A stretch of 64,000 nucleotides of DNA from an uncultured Acidobacteriota bacterium (GTDB lineage: Bacteria > Acidobacteriota > Blastocatellia > RBC074): contig CAWCKY010000003.1 of assembly GCA_963796275.1 (NCBI GenBank), forward strand, positions 96,001 through 160,000, written 5' to 3'. The notes beneath the pieces are model-generated. The model had not been told where the DNA came from and searched no databases. It was given only the letters and a program-made list of their open reading frames with translations. The translations under genes were made by a program, and so were the position numbers. Of the stretch, positions 56,758-64,000 are shown piece after piece. Each line of letters starts with the position of its first letter. Position 1 is the stretch's first letter.

Positions 56758-56850
56758 AGCGGCATTCCGAGGAGGCGAATCTTAGCACCTGAAGATTCAA
56801 CCTCCAAATATTCTCTGGTATATTTACATGTGTACCAGAGGTTTCAATAC

Positions 56851-57618
56851 ATGCCATATTTATCAATAATCATTCCGGCATACAACGAAGAGAGGCGTAT
56901 CGTCAGGACTCTCTCCGAGACTTTCGCATATCTCGACGCTCAAAAATATGAAAGCGAAGTTATCGTAGTCAATGACGGTTCCACTGATCGTACGACTGAA
57001 AAAGCGCGCGGTTTTGCAAGTCACCGGTTACGTCTGATTGATAACCCGGGAAATCGTGGAAAAGGATATTCCGTCCGCAACGGGATGCTTAAAGCGAATG
57101 GTGAGATACTTCTCTTTTATGATGCCGATCTGGCGACGCCGACGAGTGAGATCATCAAAGTTATCAGCCCGATTGCAGAGGACAGGTATGATGTCGTTTT
57201 CGGCTCGCGGGCACTCGACCGAAATTTAATCGGTACACATCAATCTGCGCTGCGCGAGAAGATTGGACAGGCCGGCAACCTGATTCAATACTTGATCACT
57301 GGACTCACATTCAAAGATACGCAATGCGGCTTCAAAGCTTTTCGGAGTAAGGCGGCGCACTCAATTTTTCCGCTGCAGCGAGTAAACGGATTCGGTTTTG
57401 ACCCGGAGATTCTATTTATTGCGCAGAAGCAGGGGTGGCGATTACTGGAAACTCCCGTGCGCTGGAACCATGTTGAAGGCTCGAAACTCAATCCATTCAG
57501 CTCACCGATCAGAGCGTTATTCGAGGTAATGACTATCCGTATTAATGAGCTGACGGGGAAGTACGAAATGGCGCCGGCGCTCGGAGAGAGAGATTCAACA
57601 CAAAAATCGCGGATATAA
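56851..57618 (+). CDS. GT2 polyprenyl-phosphate glycosyltransferase (dolichyl-phosphate beta-glucosyltransferase-like)
   Basis: [38 protein letters not shown]. Confidence 0.88.
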   Translation: MPYLSIIIPAYNEERRIVRTLSETFAYLDAQKYESEVIVVNDGSTDRTTEKARGFASHRLRLIDNPGNRGKGYSVRNGMLKANGEILLFYDADLATPTSEIIKVISPIAEDRYDVVFGSRALDRNLIGTHQSALREKIGQAGNLIQYLITGLTFKDTQCGFKAFRSKAAHSIFPLQRVNGFGFDPEILFIAQKQGWRLLETPVRWNHVEGSKLNPFSSPIRALFEVMTIRINELTGKYEMAPALGERDSTQKSRI

Positions 57619-57622
57619 TGCA

Positions 57623-58378
57623 ATGAGTAGATTAAACGTCAACATCGACCATATCGCCACTATACGTCAGGCGCGGCGGACAAATGAACCGAACCCGGTA
57701 TCTGCCGCCGTGATCTGCGAACTCGCCGGCGCCGATGGTATCACTACTCATCTACGAAGCGACCGACGGCACATTCAAGATTACGATTTGATCGCGCTCA
57801 AACAAGTCGTGATCACCCATTTAAATGTTGAGATGGCCTCCACTGATGAGATGGTTGAAATCGCCCTGCGCGTAAAACCAGACGTGGTAACTCTCGTTCC
57901 CGAAAGACCGCAGGAGATCACGACCGAAGGAGGACTCGACGTCATTTCTCAGCAGAACGCGATCAAAAGTGCGATCGCCAGTCTGCGTGACGGTGGAATT
58001 TTTGTCAGTCTTTTCATCGATCCGGACCTCGACCAGATCAAAGCCGCATCGAACCTCGGCTCCTATCAGATTGAAATTTGCACCGCGCACTATGCCGATT
58101 TAAATGAAAATCCGGGCGACCCCACGGTCCGCCGTAAGAAAGAGATCGAAACGGAGGTCGAAAGGATTCAAATCGCGGCCCACGCAGCCGTTCGAGAAGG
58201 GCTTAAAGTGGCCGTCGGCCATGGACTGACTTATCGCAACGTCGGATCGATCGCCCGCATCCCAGAAGTTGAGGAATTCAACATCGGGCATAACATCATC
58301 GCGCGAGCGGCGCTGGTCGGCCTCGATCGCGCAGTCCGTGAAATGATTGCGGCAATTCGAAGTGCGGAAAATGGATGA
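57623..58378 (+). CDS. pdxJ: Pyridoxine 5'-phosphate synthase
   Basis: [38 protein letters not shown]. Confidence 0.96.
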   Translation: MSRLNVNIDHIATIRQARRTNEPNPVSAAVICELAGADGITTHLRSDRRHIQDYDLIALKQVVITHLNVEMASTDEMVEIALRVKPDVVTLVPERPQEITTEGGLDVISQQNAIKSAIASLRDGGIFVSLFIDPDLDQIKAASNLGSYQIEICTAHYADLNENPGDPTVRRKKEIETEVERIQIAAHAAVREGLKVAVGHGLTYRNVGSIARIPEVEEFNIGHNIIARAALVGLDRAVREMIAAIRSAENG

Positions 58379-58387
58379 GAACAGAAG

Positions 58388-59953
58388 ATGAAGAATAAAA
58401 GGACGCAAAGACAGTGCACTACGAGGAGCGCAAACGACTTTTATCGAAGCTTAGTGGTTTTTCTCCAGGGCAACTGCCGCGCCTCTGCATCATTCAAGCC
58501 TCGTCTAGCCCTTTTCGTCAGCTGCGTAATTATCGCCTTTTTCGCAATTTTTCACGTTTCGTCAGCGCAAGATCAAACTGGATGGTCGCAAAAAAGTGAG
58601 GGTGAGAATAAGGCCCGGTATGAGAAGATCAGCTCACATATCATCATCGTCTCAATCAGCGGATTGAAAGCCGACGATCTCAATCAAACCGAAACAGGCA
58701 ATATAAAAATCCCGATTATTCAATCGCTGCGCGCAAAAGGTGCTTATGCGGTTGCCGCTGAGAGTGTCTATCCTTCGCTGAGCAATCCCGCACATGTATC
58801 TATCGCAACCGGGGTCTTCCCGGCGGACCATGGGGTTTACTCCGACTTCCCTTTCAATAATCTATCAGGAGCGCGGGCGGAAGAGCCATATAGGTTAGCG
58901 AAAGAAATCAAGACCGACACCTTATGGGATGCGGCCAAACGTGGCGGATTCGTAACCGCGGCCGTGGGGTATCCTTTAACCGCAGGGGCGGCGATCGATT
59001 TCAACCTTCCAGTTGCAAACGATGAAGATTATCTTTCAGATGCCGAGGCCGGCATCGATCAATCGCTCACCAAGGAACTGATCAATCCGCCTGACCTGCT
59101 TGATAAGCTGAAGGCAAAGATAACAAGCATCTCTCTACCAACCGATAAGAAACTGAAGGAGACCGCCGGCAACCAGCTGTTGGATCAATTCAAAGCCGCT
59201 GCCGCTGCTTTCATAATCGAAAACCATCGCCCCAATCTCCTATTAGTGAATCTCGATTCCTATGCGAAGGCGGTTCGGAAATTCGGCGTACAATCCAAGG
59301 AAGCAATAATCGGGCTAGCATTCGTTGACGAGCTGCTCAAGCAAATAATCGAGCCCGCTGAAAAATTATCGAGCGGTGCCACGATCTTCATCGTTTCCGA
59401 TTTTGGGTTAATGAGTGTTGAAAAAAAATTCAATCCCAATGTCGTGCTCGCCAAGAAAGGATGGTTGCTGACGGGCGGAAAGGGACGGATCACCTCATGG
59501 CGGGCTGTTGCGCAAACTTTCGGCGGTTCAGCGGCAATTTTCCTAAGAGATACTCAGGACAAAAAGGCGATCGCCGAGGTCCGGGAGGTATTTGATGAGA
59601 TTCACAAGAAACCGGATAGCCCGATCTGGCAGATAGTCACAAGTCAGGAAGCTGCCAAGCTAGGAGCTGATCCGCGGGCGGTATTTTATCTGGATGCCGC
59701 TCCGTCTTATACAATGTCATCGCGTACGACCGGATCATCGATCTCTCATATTTCAGATAAGGCAGAACACGGTTACCTGCCATCCCGCTCAGATATGCTC
59801 GCCGCTTTGATCGTCTATGGCAAAGGAATAAAGCCGGGCTCGAAAATAGAATACGGCAGGTTGATCGATATAGCACCGACCGCCGCGAGATTGCTGGGTC
59901 TAGAGATGCGAACTGCACGAGGCAGAGTTTACTCCGAGGTAATCACCGAATGA
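58388..59953 (+). CDS. Alkaline phosphatase superfamily / nucleotide pyrophosphatase-phosphodiesterase-like protein (degenerate active site)
   Basis: SVYPSLSNPAHVSIATGV.P..HG, IFIVSDFG, HGY, DIAPT.A.LLG. Confidence 0.78.
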   Translation: MKNKRTQRQCTTRSANDFYRSLVVFLQGNCRASASFKPRLALFVSCVIIAFFAIFHVSSAQDQTGWSQKSEGENKARYEKISSHIIIVSISGLKADDLNQTETGNIKIPIIQSLRAKGAYAVAAESVYPSLSNPAHVSIATGVFPADHGVYSDFPFNNLSGARAEEPYRLAKEIKTDTLWDAAKRGGFVTAAVGYPLTAGAAIDFNLPVANDEDYLSDAEAGIDQSLTKELINPPDLLDKLKAKITSISLPTDKKLKETAGNQLLDQFKAAAAAFIIENHRPNLLLVNLDSYAKAVRKFGVQSKEAIIGLAFVDELLKQIIEPAEKLSSGATIFIVSDFGLMSVEKKFNPNVVLAKKGWLLTGGKGRITSWRAVAQTFGGSAAIFLRDTQDKKAIAEVREVFDEIHKKPDSPIWQIVTSQEAAKLGADPRAVFYLDAAPSYTMSSRTTGSSISHISDKAEHGYLPSRSDMLAALIVYGKGIKPGSKIEYGRLIDIAPTAARLLGLEMRTARGRVYSEVITE

Positions 59954-60735
59954 ACTGGAGCAATGATATCGCCTATCGCGATGAGGGTTCAGGAAAACCG
60001 ATCGTCTTCTTGCATGCCTTTCCTCTCAACCAGACGATGTGGGATGAGCAGGTAGCTGAATTTGCATCGACCAATCGAGTAGTTACATTTGACTGGCGCG
60101 GTTTCGGTGAGAGCACCCTGGGGAGTGGTATTTCATCATTGGAAGATTATGCCGACGATCTAGCCGGGCTTTTGAATCGATTGTCAATCGACCGGGCGAT
60201 TATCTGCGGCTTATCGATGGGAGGTTATGCATCGTTCGCCTTTCGACGCAAATATCCGGATAGAATTTCGGCATTGATCTTGGCGGATACGCGTGCCACG
60301 CCTGATAACGAGGAAGGGAAGCAAGCGAGACATGAGATGGCTGACCTCGCGCGCAAAAAAGGCGCCTCGGCATTGGTAGATAAGATGTTGCCGCGATTGC
60401 TGGGAGAGACGAGTCAGCGGAATAAGCCGGCTTTAGTTAAACGAGTTAAGATGATGATCGAATCCGGCGAGCCGGAAGGTATCGCTCAGGCTTTGCTGGC
60501 AATGGCAGGCCGTCCTGATTGCACGGCACTGCTGCCGCAAATCGACTGTCCGGCTTTGATCATTGTAGGGAATGAAGATAAGCTTACGCCACCAACCGAG
60601 TCGGAGAAAATAAATCAGGCAATTCCAGGCTCGACTCTTGCAATTATTGACGAAGCGGGTCATCTGCCGAATATCGAGCAACCGGCGTCATTTAATTTTG
60701 CGATCTCACGGTTTTTGAGTTGGATAAAGCAGTAA
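59950..60735 (+). CDS. Alpha/beta fold hydrolase
   Basis: LHAFP, GLSMGG nucleophile elbow, ED, AGH. Confidence 0.9.
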   Translation: MNWSNDIAYRDEGSGKPIVFLHAFPLNQTMWDEQVAEFASTNRVVTFDWRGFGESTLGSGISSLEDYADDLAGLLNRLSIDRAIICGLSMGGYASFAFRRKYPDRISALILADTRATPDNEEGKQARHEMADLARKKGASALVDKMLPRLLGETSQRNKPALVKRVKMMIESGEPEGIAQALLAMAGRPDCTALLPQIDCPALIIVGNEDKLTPPTESEKINQAIPGSTLAIIDEAGHLPNIEQPASFNFAISRFLSWIKQ

Positions 60736-60753
60736 GAGGAGTTCCTCACGTAA

Positions 60754-61470
60754 ATGTATTGCCATCGCTGTGGAAACCAATTGCCTGACGCAAGTATGTT
60801 CTGCAATCGCTGCGGAGCGAGAATGCGGTCGACCGATGAAAAGGTTCGGCATCCTGGCACGATAATCCCGCCGCCACGTCCGGCTCGACGATATCCGATG
60901 ATGGATACCCAGCAACCCACAACGCCGGAAGATGAAGACTTAGAATTATACTACGACTATGAGGGGGTCGATCAGGACGATGAACCTCAGGAAGACCCGC
61001 AACCGGAAGAGCGACCGAAAAAAAGATCAAAGAAACCGAGTGAAAAAGTTATCTTCCGCATCAATCAGGCGTTCTATCCAGCCGCCGTGGCATACGTCAT
61101 CGCTTCATTATGTACAATTGCGATTGCCTATCTGGTCTATTATCTAAACGCGCCATTTTTGGTTGCTCTGGTAGGCGCCGCAATTTGCTTCATACCGGCC
61201 ATAATCCGGCACATCCAATTGATGAATACGATCTACATCCTGACAAATACGAAGATCGAGATCGAAAGAGGGGTCTTCTCAAAATCGAGCCGTAATATCC
61301 CATTACGCCACGTGATGGATGTGCTCGTCAGCGAAACCTTCAAGGAGCGACTGATAGGCATTGGAGATATCCTCATTGACACCGCATCTTCGGAAAGTAA
61401 AATGAAGCTTGATAATATAAATGAACCGCGTAAATACGCGGATATGATTTTGGATCAGCTACATCAATAG
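60754..61470 (+). CDS. Zinc-ribbon plus two TM helices plus bacterial PH (bPH_2-like) domain protein
   Basis: MYCHRCG...FCNRCG; Y.LT...IEIERG.FS....IPL..V.D......ERL.GIGDI.I.TA. Confidence 0.8.
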   Translation: MYCHRCGNQLPDASMFCNRCGARMRSTDEKVRHPGTIIPPPRPARRYPMMDTQQPTTPEDEDLELYYDYEGVDQDDEPQEDPQPEERPKKRSKKPSEKVIFRINQAFYPAAVAYVIASLCTIAIAYLVYYLNAPFLVALVGAAICFIPAIIRHIQLMNTIYILTNTKIEIERGVFSKSSRNIPLRHVMDVLVSETFKERLIGIGDILIDTASSESKMKLDNINEPRKYADMILDQLHQ

Positions 61471-61542
61471 CTTACAGATCAATGCCAGCGTAAATATATT
61501 TGCCTCTGAAATCTAGCGGTTGAAATTCCGAGGAGGAATGCG

Positions 61543-62763
61543 TTGAAGAAACAAAGTATCAAGAATCAGATTAGTAAACTTACTTCAATCTCATTGGCGA
61601 TTTTTTACAGTGCGATTTTAATGCCAATCCCCCCTCAGGTCATCGCTCAGAGCCGGGAGGTCCAGAGCAAGCAGTCTCAGCGTGAACTCGCTAATGCGTT
61701 ACTTCCGGATTCACCGGGTGGGGAATGGCGAGCTGTAGGTCGGACACGTACATTAAAATCAGAAGAATGGGATATTCTGCCAGATGCCGCGATATACACT
61801 GAATATGGTTTGGAAAGGATATACAGCAGGGTCTATAGCAAGGGCAATGTTAAGGCGACCGTCGAAATTTTCGAAATGCGCTATCCTTCCGGAGCTTTTG
61901 GTCTATTCACATTCAACCGCGGTTCTCTTTCGGCGAATCGACGAGAAGTTTATTCCGGTAGTCATCTAATCAGTATAGAAGGCGGTGTAAACGATCAGAG
62001 TCTGGATTCTTCGCTGATTGAGACGCTAAGAAGGAATATCCCAAACCAATCCGGGAACCTTCCTCTGCTTCCATCTCACCTTCCCGAACAAAATAAAATC
62101 GCCGGAAGCGAGAAGTATCTCGTGGGACCGGCTGCTCTTGCTCAGCTGGCGAGTTTCAGCACTTTGAAAGATGTCATTAAATTTGATGGTGGGGTCGAAA
62201 TAGCAATCGCTGATTATAAAAATGGAGATGGCGCTATGAGCCTGATGATAATCGAATTCCATACTCCACAAATGGCCTCCGATGGGCACAAGAGCGCAAC
62301 TAAATATATTGATTCCTTGAGCCAGAATGATAAGGGTAACCGCATCCTCAAAAAAGTCGGTAATTATTTAGTTCATGCGATAAACGTGAGGAATGCAGAC
62401 GAAGCGGGGAGTCTCATAGGTCAGATCAAGTACGATTATAAGGTCTATTGGGAGGGGAAAAAATTAAGTGATATCCCGCTCGAATTTCGCCCACCCGATC
62501 CGGTGGCGATCGAAGAGGCCAACCGAACACTAATGATTATGGTCAGGTCTTTCTATTGGGTCGGCGCTTTGTTGACCGGTTCGATTCTGCTCGGTCTCAT
62601 AGCGGGTGGCACCTTCTTTTATTGGCGACGCTATCGCAGACGTAAACTCGGCCTTGACGATCTATTCAGCGATGCCGGCGGCGCCGTTCGGTTGAATTTG
62701 GACGATTATTTACTTCAGTCGGGACAATCTGCTATTAAACAGCTGGGCGACGGAAATAAGTAA
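61543..62763 (+). CDS. Membrane-anchored hypothetical protein (DUF6599-like, two similar periplasmic domains)
   Basis: TTG start with GAGGAG RBS; signal peptide; EYG...Y, GAFGLFT, EKYLVGP; C-terminal TM. Confidence 0.65.
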   Translation: MKKQSIKNQISKLTSISLAIFYSAILMPIPPQVIAQSREVQSKQSQRELANALLPDSPGGEWRAVGRTRTLKSEEWDILPDAAIYTEYGLERIYSRVYSKGNVKATVEIFEMRYPSGAFGLFTFNRGSLSANRREVYSGSHLISIEGGVNDQSLDSSLIETLRRNIPNQSGNLPLLPSHLPEQNKIAGSEKYLVGPAALAQLASFSTLKDVIKFDGGVEIAIADYKNGDGAMSLMIIEFHTPQMASDGHKSATKYIDSLSQNDKGNRILKKVGNYLVHAINVRNADEAGSLIGQIKYDYKVYWEGKKLSDIPLEFRPPDPVAIEEANRTLMIMVRSFYWVGALLTGSILLGLIAGGTFFYWRRYRRRKLGLDDLFSDAGGAVRLNLDDYLLQSGQSAIKQLGDGNK

Positions 62764-62831
62764 AACATTTCCATTAAAGAGATTTTTGCGGAATAGGGAT
62801 TTGTGTAGGTGGAATCTGTATTGGCTTGTAT

Positions 62832-62886
62832 AAAAAAATTTGGCGGCCATAGCTAAGAACCCACCCCAGACTCACTATGACCGCCA
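62832..62886 (-). terminator. Rho-independent terminator after dnaN
   Basis: TGGCGGCCATAG / CTATGACCGCCA stem; the adjacent A run gives a U tail on the minus strand. Confidence 0.65.
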
Positions 62887-62986
62887 CTATCAGGAGGTTC
62901 ACCCGTATTCACATTAACGTATCAGCCTTTTAATTGTTCCATAAACATCTCGATTAATTACAATTAAAAAAATATCCGTAATTTTC

Positions 62987-64000
62987 TTATAATCTCATTG
63001 GCATGATGATATAACGGAAGTCGTAATCGGCCTCACCCTGTTCCTTAAGTTGAGCGCGGGAATTTCCGTCTTTAAATTCAAAAGTGACTTCGTCGCTCTG
63101 GGTCACGCCAAAAAAATCCAACAGATATTGAGCATTAAATCCTGTCGTGATTTCCGGACCTGCATAGTGGACAGGTAAAACTTCGCCGGCTTCACCTACT
63201 TCCGCCGCCTGGGAGGTGATATTCACCTGCCCATCTCCCAATTCGAATTTAATGGCGTGTGACCGTTCATCTGCCATCAATGCAACTCTCCGTATGGCTG
63301 AAGAGATTCGCTCGCGCTCAATCACAAATGTATTGTTATTTTCTTTGGTCAATACCATTTCATAGTTGGGAAACTGTCCGCTTAACGTACGAGAAATAAG
63401 AAGCCTTTTCCCGACTTTAAAAAAGAGATGATTGTCGTCATAGCTGAACTCTACCGGATCATCGGTTTCCGCGCACAATCTCGCCAATTCCGAGAGAGTC
63501 TTCTTGGGAATCAGAACATCGATCTTGGCGTTTCCAGATTCACCCGATTCACTTAATTTGTGCGATTTTTCGATATAAGAGAGGCGATGCCCATCGGTTG
63601 CAACCATCCTGATATTATTTCCTGAGAATTCGAATTTGGCGCCATTCAATGCATATCGGGATTCCTCGTTTGTGATTGCAAAAAGAGTTTTGCTGATAAA
63701 AGTTTTTAAAAGTTCGGAGGGGATCGATGCGTTTAACCCTTTAAATTCCTTGATCTCGGGGAAATTATCTTTGGCAAGCCCCAGCATCTTGAACCTCGAT
63801 CGCTCGCAGATGATGCTGACCTGTTCATTTTCTCCTCGCTTAATCTCTATCTCAGCATCCGGCAAGGCACGTACGATTTCAAATAGCTTTTTCGCCTGGA
63901 TACAGTTTGTCCCTTCCTTGATCACTTCGGCTTCGCACCAGGTAGTTATAGACACATCCAGATCCGTTCCCTTGATACTCAATCCGCCGTCTTTAGCTTC
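62987..64000 (-). CDS. dnaN: DNA polymerase III beta sliding clamp; 5' truncated by window
   Basis: [37 protein letters not shown]-terminal IMPMRL. Confidence 0.96.
   Translation of the reverse strand, partial: EAKDGGLSIKGTDLDVSITTWCEAEVIKEGTNCIQAKKLFEIVRALPDAEIEIKRGENEQVSIICERSRFKMLGLAKDNFPEIKEFKGLNASIPSELLKTFISKTLFAITNEESRYALNGAKFEFSGNNIRMVATDGHRLSYIEKSHKLSESGESGNAKIDVLIPKKTLSELARLCAETDDPVEFSYDDNHLFFKVGKRLLISRTLSGQFPNYEMVLTKENNNTFVIERERISSAIRRVALMADERSHAIKFELGDGQVNITSQAAEVGEAGEVLPVHYAGPEITTGFNAQYLLDFFGVTQSDEVTFEFKDGNSRAQLKEQGEADYDFRYIIMPMRL

Overview
A 64 kb bacterial chromosome segment close to the replication origin/partition locus. Gene content and style suggest Acidobacteriota, Blastocatellia-like (inference from the split atpI-atpB-atpE unit, the XRE family and multiple zinc-ribbon membrane proteins). 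Housekeeping blocks are metG(3' end)-tatD, yajQ, ispB-like, murU/amgK-like, asnS, arginase, ddl, atpIBE, ctaA-cofE, rpmH-rnpA-yidD-yidC-jag-mnmE-mnmG-rsmG-parA-parB with two parS sites, xseAB-ispA, pdxJ and dnaN (5' part cut off). The main accessory block is a ~12 kb minus-strand cluster at 23624-35714. It encodes a ~1730 aa MnxG-type multicopper oxidase split by one frameshift, a YVTN beta-propeller, a cytochrome c/periplasmic-binding-protein fusion, an unknown secreted protein, a hypothetical protein and a SCO copper chaperone, so it is a candidate Mn(II)/metal-oxidation system. Other notable items: a tandem GT-C glycosyltransferase duplication carrying a copy of the metG 3' end; a decayed large serine recombinase; a long RNA stem that covers the atpE ribosome-binding site; a run of zinc-ribbon membrane proteins, two sharing a C-terminal S-[IV]-T-E motif; a bactofilin directly after parB; and an apparently metal-deficient NPP-family protein. 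Three single-base frameshifts (MCO, DUF2752-like, xseB) may be sequencing errors. No rRNA, tRNA or CRISPR array was recognised. All family assignments come from motif recognition, not database searches.
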